Position numbers and translations under genes: made by a program. 64,000 nt of DNA from a bacterium (GTDB taxonomy: Bacteria; SM23-31), in NCBI GenBank assembly GCA_965249485.1, contig OZ252239.1, positions 1,600,001 to 1,664,000 of the forward strand. The letters run 5' to 3'. The number at the start of each line of letters is the position of its first letter. Positions within the stretch are counted from its first letter, which is position 1. This document shows, one piece after another, positions 42,980-53,095 of this stretch. The notes below the pieces were generated by a model. That model worked only from the letters and a program-made list of their open reading frames with translations. It did not search any database and was not told where the DNA came from.

Positions 42980-43863
42980 TTAAATTAACCAACCTGATTT
43001 TTCAACTTTTTCAAATTCTTTTTTTAATTGTATTTGTATTGATGATAATGAAGCATCGCTTATGCCAAGTTTTCTCTGAATCTTTCCTATATCATTCTTG
43101 AATAAAGGAGAGAAATCACTATACCCAAAACCAAAATCATCACAGATGATTTCCGATAATTTGGTAGTATATACCAATATTTCGTACTCATTTTCTCCGT
43201 TTCCATTCATGTTATGATGATGACCAATGACACACAATAAATTTTCAGGAAAATTCCACAATTCCTTGGCAATAGTCATTCCAATTTTTTCATGAGTTGA
43301 ACCTAAATATTTGATTTCTTCTTGCGTTAGATACCCTTGTTGCTTGAACCGATTAGTAACAGCCTTTTAAATCCGTCATGAAGAAATTGATCTTCAATCA
43401 CAATTCCAATGTCATGCAATAATCCACAAAGATACGGGACACCATCACTTGATTTAAATTCGCTTGAATAAATTAATTTATTTGATAAGGCTACAGCAAC
43501 ACTATGTTTCCATAATGCAATTCGTGAATAATCTTCAATGTTCTCTCCAGTTTGGAATAAATCTGACACAACAGAGGACATTGCAATTTCTTGAGCACCA
43601 TTATAACCAACCCTAATGATGGCTGTTCTTAATTCATCAATCTTTTTTCCTAGAGGATTATAATAAGCAGAATTTGCAACTCTTAGTAATTTTGTACTTA
43701 GAACTTGATCGGATTGAAAAATATTTGCTAAATCCAATGTGCTTGATTTTGGATCATTGATTACTTTCATTATTTTTGAAATTACGTCACTTAAAGTAGA
43801 TAACTCTTTTTCTTTAAGATTATCTATTACATTCTTTAAGATTTCTTCTTCTTTATTATTCAT
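42980..43863 (-). CDS. HDOD-domain signalling protein with a frameshift at 43365-43368
   Basis: LLRVANSAYY, LWKHS and GLLHDIG motifs. Adding one A gives FKKAVTNR...LGSTHEKIGM, continuous with WNFPENL..VIGHHH. Confidence 0.88.
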
Positions 43864-44049
43864 ACATTCACCCTTTTATGAGATCCAACGCTGATGCAAA
43901 AAGTTGATGATTTTTAAACACCCTGTGTAGTTTTGCTCAGCCAGTTGTGCAATATTGTACGAACCCCAATGTCCTGATTTGATATAACTGCTTTGCATAA
44001 GCATGAATCTGTTTAACTCGTCTGTTTAACGTATTCTTGCATACTATAT

Positions 44050-44066
44050 ATGCAAAGACAATACCA
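44050..44066 (-). promoter_or_regulatory. Sigma54 (-24/-12) promoter of the HDOD-kinase-CheA operon
   Basis: Minus strand reads TGGTATTGTCTTTGCAT (GG-N10-GC, with TTGC at -12), about 190 nt upstream of the HDOD start. Confidence 0.7.
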
Positions 44067-44852
44067 GAAATATTTCTTTCCTCATACCGGAAAAAAATCA
44101 TGAGAAATTAATTATTTCTGAATTTTATGAATATTCGTGTATTGTATAACAGAAGCATTTTACTTCCTGCTCAGCTCTTCATCAAAACATTTAAGAAGCT
44201 TGGATCATTTCACCTCTTTTGAAGGAGATCGGAACAAGTAGGACAGCATAGATTGGAATAAAATGATACGTTGAGTTTTCAAACGTATTGATTTGCCTCA
44301 TTCTGAGAGGGAGCAATCCAGATAACTATCCATCAACATATAGATTGACAACGATCTAAACATTATTTGACCGCAAAGAGGGTTCTCAATGAATTGCAGA
44401 GAGGATTGATGAATCAAAAGGTTTGGCAAAACCGAAACTCGATTTGATAGTAATAAAGGAGTTGTTTCATTCTGTGGGTCAAGTCAAAATTACTTCCATA
44501 AAAAAAGTTTTGAGTAATTATCCATGTGGCTGCGGGGAAGTTGTTTAGTTGAAAAATGTTGAATTTTTCTTTCAAACAATACTTTCTAAGTAACGCTGCT
44601 TATCCGAATACGTAAACCAAATCAAGATTGACTCTTAAATAAATTGCTTAATCTCGCCAAAATAAATTGAATCGATACATGGTATGTCATCGAGAACAAG
44701 TCGGCATTTGGAGTTATTGAGTAAAGTATGTATTGTGTATATACAAACGATATTTACTCGTCGGGCTATACGAATTGCGAACCTTTGGATTTGTTATCAG
44801 TCAACAGCAATTAATGATTCCAAAACGTGAGTCATGATGTAAACCAAAAAAT

Positions 44853-46181
44853 TTAACGAATGATTATAATTTCTTTGTTTACCGGATACAGGAATTCGAT
44901 TCCCTTTTCAGTAATGATAGCATTGTCTTCGAAGTTAATACTCATCCTTCTTTCCAGTTCCGGTACCCAGGTATTAACAACAAATTCAAAGGAAAAGAGA
45001 TTGTTAGGTTGAATTTTATGATGATCGCGACCTGCACGGTAGGCAGCTATAGATATACCTTCGTTTATTTCACTGTTTCCTGTGTTGCCCATCGCATGAC
45101 AGTCGATCGTGAATCCAGACTGTTCGGAATCTCCCAACTTATTCGCGTTAATTCTGTAAAGTCCTTTATCGTCGGAAAGATTGTGAATATAGCCTTCTGC
45201 TTCAAGAGCACGAATCATAACCTGGAGAGCTTCACCGGAGGTCATACCAATCTTTAAGGTCGGTCTGAGAATTTCACGTGCCCTCTGCCCGCGTTCCCAC
45301 GCGTGTTTAATCCCTTCGGGAACATCTGTTTCTCCTTCGCGAAGAATATAGGCATTCCGTTTGTAATCGGTACCGAAATTCAAATATCTTATTTTTAAAT
45401 CCCATGACGTAAATTGTCCCCGTTCATAAACTCCTCCTCTGCTGTCCGGTGCGACCGGTCCGTATGGTGATCTGTCTCCCGAGTCAAGTCCGTGAAGGAG
45501 CAATTGGTCCTGAACCCACCAGCCAAGTTCTTCGCTCGTGGTAACACCGGGAACGATCCTATGGTAGGTCTCCTCCATAAGCTGTCTCTGTATCTCGCAC
45601 ATTTTTGCAAAGGCTTCGATTTCGCTTTGAACTCTTCTTACACGGAAAAGGGTGATGACATCCTCTGCCGAAACCAGCCGCTGTGCATATTTTTCACCAA
45701 TGTGTCTTATTAATCGTTTGTATGCGCTATAGGACATTCCATCAGCGGAGGGAATCCGGTCGGACATATTGACTGCTATGCGTTTCGGGTCTCTCTCTGC
45801 GACGAATTTCGTAATATCATTTTCTTTCCCGAAAATATCATATAAATCCCGGTCAGCGCGACCTCCCAGAACTGCTCGCTCGATACGTTCGCCACCCCGA
45901 TCTGTAAAAATAAAAAATCCCAGAGTGTCCTCCACACTATAGGAAGCATTTCCACCTAGATCCATTTCAAGCGCATCGGGATTGCCTTTCTGCATTACAT
46001 GGATCCACATGTCGACGTCACTATCTCTCATGGCTCCTGGCAGGACGAGATCGAACTTCTCCTGCCGGATTAGCTTCATCGTCTCGTAGCGCGCACGTGC
46101 CTCTTGTGCAATTGCATTAAGCCCTTGCAGCATAAGGATTGCCAATAAAACCAATGTCCAAAAAATCTGTTTCGTTCTCAT
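44853..46181 (-). CDS. M24 metallopeptidase, exported; paralog 3
   Basis: Signal peptide; SWDL, GTDY, DCH, SFEF and NFEDN motifs. Confidence 0.82.
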   Translation of the reverse strand: MRTKQIFWTLVLLAILMLQGLNAIAQEARARYETMKLIRQEKFDLVLPGAMRDSDVDMWIHVMQKGNPDALEMDLGGNASYSVEDTLGFFIFTDRGGERIERAVLGGRADRDLYDIFGKENDITKFVAERDPKRIAVNMSDRIPSADGMSYSAYKRLIRHIGEKYAQRLVSAEDVITLFRVRRVQSEIEAFAKMCEIQRQLMEETYHRIVPGVTTSEELGWWVQDQLLLHGLDSGDRSPYGPVAPDSRGGVYERGQFTSWDLKIRYLNFGTDYKRNAYILREGETDVPEGIKHAWERGQRAREILRPTLKIGMTSGEALQVMIRALEAEGYIHNLSDDKGLYRINANKLGDSEQSGFTIDCHAMGNTGNSEINEGISIAAYRAGRDHHKIQPNNLFSFEFVVNTWVPELERRMSINFEDNAIITEKGIEFLYPVNKEIIIIR

Positions 46182-46273
46182 TTATTATCTCCCATATTTG
46201 TATATGTTCATATTTCTGAATGTTAATAACATTTATTGTAACAACATTCAACCGTAAAAACGTGCAAAAGATA

Positions 46274-47635
46274 CTAACGAACCAATATTATTTTTTCGTT
46301 ATATGGATACAGATACTCGACTCCATTGTTTGTGACAATTGCGTTATCTTCAAAATTTATACTAATTCGCTTATTCCATTCCGGGACCCATGTGTTAATT
46401 ACGAATTCTAAGGAAAAGATAAAATTTGGCTGGATCATGAAATGGTGGCGATCCGGTCGATATGAGGAAATATACGGGCCTGCTCCATCATCACTCACGC
46501 TGGTGTCGCCGGCAGGGTGGAGGCCGAGGGAGAATCCGGATCTCTCGTCGTCGCCGAGAGCATTCATCGAGTCTCTGTATTGTGAAGTTCTATCATCAGA
46601 AGGAGTTGAAATATAACCTCCTGCTTCAAGAGCGCGAACAATATTATTTATTGATTCTCCCGTACTATTGCCAACCTTGAGAGTTTTCTTAATAATTTCA
46701 CGTCCCTTCATCCCGCGCTCCCATGCGAGTTTCAACCCATCCGGAATGTCAGTCTCATCCTCTTTGAGAATATAAGCATTTCTTTTAATGTCGGTACCAA
46801 AGTTCAAGTATCCTATTCCCATGTCCCATGACAAGAAATCCCCACGCTGAAAGGCCCTGTTTGCTGACCGGCTTGGTGATTCGGAATGGGATACTCCCGG
46901 CATATACGGAAGAAACAAGGTCGCCGATTGATATGTTGGAGGAATTCCCTGTGCCAGCAGCTGATCCTGTGCCCACCAGCCGACATCATCACGCGTCGTT
47001 ATGCCCGGCTTGATATTCTGCAACGCCTCTTCCATTATCTGTCTTTGAATTTCAACGGCATTTGCGAATGCAACAATCTCCCTTTGGATTCTTCTCACAC
47101 GAAAATCGGTAATGACATTCTCTGCAGAAATGAGTCTGTCGGTATATTTTTCACCCAATACCTCAGTTAACCTCAAATATTCTGTATGAGAAAGACCATT
47201 AGCTATGGTAAGTGAATTCGACATGTTGACTGCAATCACTTTGGGATCGCGTTCCTTCACAATTTTCAGCAGGTCTTCTCCCGAGCCGCGAATATCGTAG
47301 AGACCTTCCCGTTCAGAGCCACCCAAAATTATCCTCTCGATCCTGTCACCACCCCGGTCAGTAAAAATGTAGTAACCGACCGGTTCCCATAATCTATATT
47401 CAAACCATCCCCCTAAATCCAAAGCGAGAGGATCTCTGTTTCCACTCTCCACAACGTGAATCCACATGTCAACATTATTATCCCGCAGCGCACCGGGCAG
47501 AATCAGATCAAATTTCTCATGCCGTATTAGTCTCATAATCTCATAATTTTGCTTTGATTTCTGAGCGTATGCATCAATCCCGGACACAAGAACAATAAAA
47601 GTGACAAAAACGGTCAATATTCCTTTTATACGCAT
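46274..47635 (-). CDS. M24 metallopeptidase, exported; paralog 4
   Basis: Signal peptide MRIKG...AYAQ after GGAG; SWDM, GTDI, GLH, SLEF and NFEDN motifs. Confidence 0.82.
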   Translation of the reverse strand: MRIKGILTVFVTFIVLVSGIDAYAQKSKQNYEIMRLIRHEKFDLILPGALRDNNVDMWIHVVESGNRDPLALDLGGWFEYRLWEPVGYYIFTDRGGDRIERIILGGSEREGLYDIRGSGEDLLKIVKERDPKVIAVNMSNSLTIANGLSHTEYLRLTEVLGEKYTDRLISAENVITDFRVRRIQREIVAFANAVEIQRQIMEEALQNIKPGITTRDDVGWWAQDQLLAQGIPPTYQSATLFLPYMPGVSHSESPSRSANRAFQRGDFLSWDMGIGYLNFGTDIKRNAYILKEDETDIPDGLKLAWERGMKGREIIKKTLKVGNSTGESINNIVRALEAGGYISTPSDDRTSQYRDSMNALGDDERSGFSLGLHPAGDTSVSDDGAGPYISSYRPDRHHFMIQPNFIFSLEFVINTWVPEWNKRISINFEDNAIVTNNGVEYLYPYNEKIILVR

Positions 47636-47811
47636 GACATAATCTCCTTTGAATAATATACATTTATGGAACAAATTGGACACTTTGATTTAAATGGCAA
47701 GGTGAATACCTTAATGAAATGGTATTTGGCTTTTACTCTTTGAGTGGATTCATGTGAATCAGAGAGAACTGAAATACCGATAAATAGTACGGACAACTGT
47801 TTCCAGAGAAT

Positions 47812-48720
47812 TTACTTTGCAACCGGGGACCAGGACGAGGCCCTGTTTCCTCCCTCACTATGCGTGAGCCGTGTCTGTCCGGTTCCGTCGGCATTCATGC
47901 GGTAGAGTTCTTCCTGCTCACCGCCATCTCTGTATGAATAAAAAGCGATCCTCAATCCGTCTTTCGACCAGGAAGCATATGCATCTTTTTCAGGATTTGT
48001 TGTTAATCTGACAAGATTTGATCCGTCAACATTTATTGTATAAATGTCACCAAGATCGTTTATGTTGGAGTTGAATACAATGTGTGATCCATCAGGGGAC
48101 CAGTGTGGATTTTCCTCATCGCCGGACATCTCGGTCAGCCTTCTCTGATTTGAGCCATCAGCATTCATAATGTAAAGGTCGTAATCGTCGTTTCTGTTTG
48201 ATTGATATACAATTTTTGTGCCGTCTAAAGACCACCGGGCAGATTCATCATCTCCTGAGTTCTGTGACAGATTTCTCCTGTTTATTCCATCTCTATCTAT
48301 TGCATAAATTTCTGAATTTCCATCTCTGTTCGTATAGTAAAGGACCGTTGATCCATCTGGTGATAAATCCGGAGTAGTGTCGTTAGAGGGATCATGCGTG
48401 ACTCGCATCTGATCAGATCCGTCTGCATTCATGATGTAAATTTCAGAATTTCCATCTCTATTAGAATGAAACGCAATCTCTGTTCCATCCGGTGACCAGG
48501 TAGGGTACCCATCGTTCACATCATTATGCGTCAGCTGTATCACAATTGAACCGTCTGCATTCATGACATAAATTTCGGAATCGCCATCTCTTCCGGAATT
48601 AAAAGTGATCCTTTGCTGTGTAAGTTGTTCCATATTAGTTTGCGGGTTGTTCCCACATGAACTTATAATAAATATGGCTGCAAGAAGGAGAAAAACTCCC
48701 TTGATGGTTTGTAGAATCAT
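47812..48720 (-). CDS. TolB-like PD40-repeat beta-propeller lipoprotein
   Basis: Lipobox ISSC; repeated WSPDG..I.F.SNRDGN.EIY.MNADG motifs. Confidence 0.88.
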   Translation of the reverse strand: MILQTIKGVFLLLAAIFIISSCGNNPQTNMEQLTQQRITFNSGRDGDSEIYVMNADGSIVIQLTHNDVNDGYPTWSPDGTEIAFHSNRDGNSEIYIMNADGSDQMRVTHDPSNDTTPDLSPDGSTVLYYTNRDGNSEIYAIDRDGINRRNLSQNSGDDESARWSLDGTKIVYQSNRNDDYDLYIMNADGSNQRRLTEMSGDEENPHWSPDGSHIVFNSNINDLGDIYTINVDGSNLVRLTTNPEKDAYASWSKDGLRIAFYSYRDGGEQEELYRMNADGTGQTRLTHSEGGNRASSWSPVAK

Positions 48721-48941
48721 AATTCACTTTACCTTTACATGTTAATGGTGAATAGTGCTAACAAGTGCATTCTAAAATTTCCCATTTATGTGTCGCCAGA
48801 ACATATCGGATTTTTTGTGTTAAATAGTATGATATGTACTTTGCATTTTCAAGTGATTATTGATTCACCTCCTTCTTCAGGTTAAATTGACACAGTAATT
48901 CAATGTTTATTGTTCTATCTCTCTTTTGTACCAAATAACTC

Positions 48942-50477
48942 TTACCAGAAGACAATATAAAGTATTATTGTAGCTGTTATCACTGCTAAACCCAGCCATA
49001 AAACCGAAGGAGCCGGCTTCATATCAAATCCTTCTCTTGTAGGTATAACTTTTGGCTGGGGAAGTGGTATGATCTTCGTGATGATGGCCATTGCTACAAT
49101 CAATATTCCAAATGTAATAGCCATTCTATTCAAAAATGCTATGTTCCCGAAATTAATCAAAAGTAGGCCATAAATGGGAACATTAAGCAGCAATGCAGTA
49201 ACTCCGGCCGAAGCGGGTGTGTATTTAAAAATCAAACCAAATACAAAGGCCGCGAGTATTCCAGGGGAAATAAATCCCTGAAACTCCTGGATATAATTGA
49301 AGATTCCTTTGAACCGTTCCGCGCCCAGCTGCGGGGCTAACAGACAGCCAATTACGACGAATAATACTGTCATAATACGACCGATTGTTACCAGAGAATG
49401 GGCGGATACATCTTTTTTCCAGTGTCGTTTATATAAATCCATAGTAAAGATAGTTGATGCTGAGTTAAGCATCGATGCGAGTGAACTTATTACAGCTCCG
49501 GTTAAGGCTGCAAATATAAATCCTTTAAAACCGGAGGGTATAAGATTTTTGATAAGTAACGGGTATGCGGCATCGCTGGTAAAAGCGAGTTGGTCTTTAT
49601 AAAGCTGTGCAGCCATTATCCCGGGAAAGATAATGATGAACGGAATGAATAGTTTGATACATGCGGCAAATATAATTCCTAATTGGCCTTGTCTAAGAGA
49701 TTTTGCTGCGAGCGGTCTTTGTGTAATATATTGATTCAGACCCCAGTAGTAGAAGTTGGGGATCCAGAGACCAATGACTAGAGCGGTCCAGGGTAGAACA
49801 GAATGATCACGGGGAAGAATAACATGGAGTTTTTCGGCATTGGTTTCAAAAAAAGTACCAACTCCGCCTACCGCAATAAAGCCGAGGGTCATTGTTATTG
49901 CTCCACCGATAATAAGAGCCGAACCTTGAAAAAGGTCAGCCCAGGCAACGGCTTTTAATCCCCCCCACGTGGTATAGAGAGCAGCGGTACCTCCGATGAG
50001 CCATACCGCATGAATCATCTTCATTTCGAATATGGTATGCAGTGTCAGAGCTCCAGAATAAACAACAGCTGCAATAGTGACAAAAATGTATATAACTACT
50101 GTGTAGAATGCCATAATTGCCCGTGCTGTCGCATTGTAGCGATATTCAAGGTATTCCGGAATTGTATAAATACCGCTTTTGAGGAACTTAGGAAGGAAAA
50201 AAAGCGCCACGAATACTAACGTGATCGCTGCCATCCATTCATAACTTGCGACAGCCATGCCGGCTACACCGGCGCCCTGTCCAGCCATTCCTACAAAGTG
50301 CTCGGTGGAAATATTGGCAGCTATAAGGGATAGGCCGATTAATGGCCAATGCAGTCCACGACCTGCCAGAAAAAAGTCTTCACCGGTTTCCTCTTTACGG
50401 CTTTTGTACAAGCTGGTTCCAACAGCAACTACAAAAAATGTTATAAACAGTCCGATGTCAAGCCAGTTTAACTCCAT
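48942..50477 (-). CDS. Sodium/sugar symporter (SglT-like SSS family)
   Basis: FFLAGR, AANISTEHFVG, YTIPEYL and YWGLNQYITQR motifs; located in the gal operon. Confidence 0.9.
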   Translation of the reverse strand: MELNWLDIGLFITFFVVAVGTSLYKSRKEETGEDFFLAGRGLHWPLIGLSLIAANISTEHFVGMAGQGAGVAGMAVASYEWMAAITLVFVALFFLPKFLKSGIYTIPEYLEYRYNATARAIMAFYTVVIYIFVTIAAVVYSGALTLHTIFEMKMIHAVWLIGGTAALYTTWGGLKAVAWADLFQGSALIIGGAITMTLGFIAVGGVGTFFETNAEKLHVILPRDHSVLPWTALVIGLWIPNFYYWGLNQYITQRPLAAKSLRQGQLGIIFAACIKLFIPFIIIFPGIMAAQLYKDQLAFTSDAAYPLLIKNLIPSGFKGFIFAALTGAVISSLASMLNSASTIFTMDLYKRHWKKDVSAHSLVTIGRIMTVLFVVIGCLLAPQLGAERFKGIFNYIQEFQGFISPGILAAFVFGLIFKYTPASAGVTALLLNVPIYGLLLINFGNIAFLNRMAITFGILIVAMAIITKIIPLPQPKVIPTREGFDMKPAPSVLWLGLAVITATIILYIVFW

Positions 50478-50530
50478 AATATGTTATCCATATTGTACAT
50501 TTTCATGATTTTTACTCTCAGGTATAATTA

Positions 50531-50680
50531 TCATTCATTTTTGCGTCCAGTCATTTGTTCCCTTGAGTACTGTGGTTTCATCTCCTGGTCCGGAGAATAA
50601 ATGTGAAATACAATACCTATCACCACCGCCGCACCAAACACACATACCAATACTATTCCAATTTTCGTAGGTATATACAT
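50531..50680 (-). CDS. Small single-TM protein (49 aa) upstream of the sugar SSS gene, absent from the ORF track
   Basis: Translates as MYIPTKIGIVLVCVFGAAVVIGIVFHIYSPDQEMKPQYSREQMTGRKNE. Confidence 0.55.
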   Translation of the reverse strand: MYIPTKIGIVLVCVFGAAVVIGIVFHIYSPDQEMKPQYSREQMTGRKNE

Positions 50681-50768
50681 TATTCACACTGTTTCTTTGA
50701 TTACTATAACATTTATCTTACCTGTGGACATTAACAATAATCATTTATATTCACATTTTATTGAATAA

Positions 50769-51962
50769 TCAGTTAAATTCTCGTCGATTAAAACATTTGG
50801 CACCGTCGGAAATTTTAATGGACCATATATCGGCGCTTTCACCCTCCGAAAGACTTTTTGGATGATATTTTTTTTGAATTGCCTGCTCAACGGTCTTGAT
50901 AGAGTCATTCCTTACAAGAGTTATAACACAGCCCCCGAATCCTGCGCCGGTTAATCGAGCACCGGATACACCATCAATTTCTGAAAGAATATCAACCAGC
51001 ATATCAAGTTCCTTGCAGGATACCTCGAAATCATCACGCAGACTCGCATGAGACGCATAAAGATTTTTACCAACGACATCAATGTTACCTGATTCTAACG
51101 CTTTTACTGTATTTAAAACGCGGTTGTTTTCGGTTACCACATGTTTGACTCTTCGAAAAAAATTATTGCTACATGAGCTTTCAAAAGTGTGCAGATCATC
51201 AACAGTAATATCACGCAAACCCTTAATATTTTTATTAGGTAATGCGGTTTGGGCGGACATCATCCCTTTAACACATTCTGTACGTCTATTGTTATATTCC
51301 GAATCTACCAGTCCTCGCCTTTTCTTAGAGTCAATAACAAGCCATGCATAACCAGGTGTATTGATTTTAATAGCATTTGTAGAAAGGTCTGTGCAGTCGA
51401 TGAGAATTGCATGATCTTTTTTCCCCGTCCTGGCAATATATTGATCCATGATACCGCAATTCACACCGACAAAGTTGTTTTCTGCTCTTTGACAGAGAAG
51501 AGCAGCTTCTTTATTATCTAATTTAAATCCGAAAATATCTTCCATCGCAGTGAGAACAGCCATTTCAAGAGCTGCAGATGAAGAAAGACCCGAACCGATT
51601 GGAACGTTTCCTCCTACTGTAAAATAGAATCCCTCAATCGGTATGTCTTTCCGCTCTAATTCAGCTAACACGCCCATAACATACCGAAACCACCCACATG
51701 GATGTTTTGAGTCGTATTCACCAACATTACATGACACCTCTTCACTGAAATTCGTTGAGAAGCCGGAAATTGAATTTCCCGGTATTTTCTTTGCGGCGAA
51801 GATCACTTCTTTATCAATTGCAGCGGGTAAAACAAAGCCGCCTGTGTAATCGGTGTGTTCGCCAATAAGATTTACTCTTCCAGGTGCAATGCCGATGCCG
51901 TCAGGATCAGAAGACCATGTTGTTCTGAATTTATTAATCTCGGTAGTAATTTGTTTGTTCAT
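50769..51962 (-). CDS. galK: Galactokinase
   Basis: APGRVNLIGEHTDY, PIGSGLSSSAA, CGIMDQ and GARLTGAGFGG motifs. Confidence 0.95.
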   Translation of the reverse strand: MNKQITTEINKFRTTWSSDPDGIGIAPGRVNLIGEHTDYTGGFVLPAAIDKEVIFAAKKIPGNSISGFSTNFSEEVSCNVGEYDSKHPCGWFRYVMGVLAELERKDIPIEGFYFTVGGNVPIGSGLSSSAALEMAVLTAMEDIFGFKLDNKEAALLCQRAENNFVGVNCGIMDQYIARTGKKDHAILIDCTDLSTNAIKINTPGYAWLVIDSKKRRGLVDSEYNNRRTECVKGMMSAQTALPNKNIKGLRDITVDDLHTFESSCSNNFFRRVKHVVTENNRVLNTVKALESGNIDVVGKNLYASHASLRDDFEVSCKELDMLVDILSEIDGVSGARLTGAGFGGCVITLVRNDSIKTVEQAIQKKYHPKSLSEGESADIWSIKISDGAKCFNRREFN

Positions 51963-51982
51963 CGTTTCATACGGAGTAAAAA

Positions 51983-53020
51983 TTACGAATGCTTTGTATA
52001 ATGGATCGTGGGCAAGGATCTCAGTTTTACGGCGGATTCACACGGGAGAGAGGGGTTAACTATATTCCCCCCACCGGTTTCAAAGCCTGCCATGTATTTT
52101 AGTTTGTCATGGGCTCGGAGAGGAGGACAAAACTCGATGTGAAAATGATAAGGTGCGGGATCCATTGATTTGGAACAGGGTGCATTCTGGAAAATCGTGA
52201 TATTGGGAAACGGCAATTGAAACAGATTATCATAGCGTACCAGGATCTCCTGATAAAGAGACGCCAGTGATATCAATACTTCTTCGTCCAAATCAGTGAT
52301 ATATGCATAGTGGTGTCGAGGCATAATGAGTACTTCATATGTATAACGGGCAAAATAGGGTACAAATGCAACAAAATGTTGATTTTGACTCACAATATGT
52401 TGACCGTCACGGAGTGCCTCTTCTAAAATGCCGCATAGGAGACAGGTTCCGTTCTTCTCCATAAATGCTTGAGCGTTATTATATCGAGTTAAAGGAATCC
52501 TGGGTATGAAATCTGTGGCGTAAATCTGTCCATGCGGATGAGGATTTGAAACACCGATTATTTCACCCTTATTTTCAAACATCAGGACATTCTCTATTTC
52601 TTTTAAAGAAGAAAGTTCCTTGAACTGGTCGTGTAATGAATATACCACATTCACAATCTGCTCTTCACCCATTTCTGCAAGTGTAATATTGTGATTCGGA
52701 CTGAAACATACGACACGACAAATACCCTGGGCGGGATTATCCCGTGGGTAAATTTTGTTGTGTTCATTCAGTGTAGTATCCTTTGAGAACGAAGGAAAAT
52801 CATTCTCAAAAACATATGTTTCTTTATAATCAGGGGTTACTTTCTTACTTACGCGTTTGACGCCTGGACAAAGGTAACAAGTCGGATCAAATTCGGGAAG
52901 AATGTGTTCCGATTGTTTTACAACGGTTCCGTCCCACGGCCTCTCACCAGTGACGGGAGCGATGATTACCCATTCTCCCAGCAGTGGGTTCCAGCGTTTA
53001 ATCGAATTTTTTTTCAACAT
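51983..53020 (-). CDS. galT: Galactose-1-phosphate uridylyltransferase
   Basis: RWNPLLGEWV, CYLCPG and FENKG...SNPHPHGQI (HPH) motifs. Confidence 0.95.
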   Translation of the reverse strand: MLKKNSIKRWNPLLGEWVIIAPVTGERPWDGTVVKQSEHILPEFDPTCYLCPGVKRVSKKVTPDYKETYVFENDFPSFSKDTTLNEHNKIYPRDNPAQGICRVVCFSPNHNITLAEMGEEQIVNVVYSLHDQFKELSSLKEIENVLMFENKGEIIGVSNPHPHGQIYATDFIPRIPLTRYNNAQAFMEKNGTCLLCGILEEALRDGQHIVSQNQHFVAFVPYFARYTYEVLIMPRHHYAYITDLDEEVLISLASLYQEILVRYDNLFQLPFPNITIFQNAPCSKSMDPAPYHFHIEFCPPLRAHDKLKYMAGFETGGGNIVNPSLPCESAVKLRSLPTIHYTKHS

Positions 53021-53095
53021 TAGCTATAAATTATGTTAGGCAGTCGATGAAATCAACACTTTTAGAGTAAGGTCTCTCTCCGTATATCCACTGTT

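Noticed and set aside
44200..44600. Decayed integrase at the right island border
   Set aside because: Only a faint resemblance across several frames with multiple stops; not supportable as a feature.
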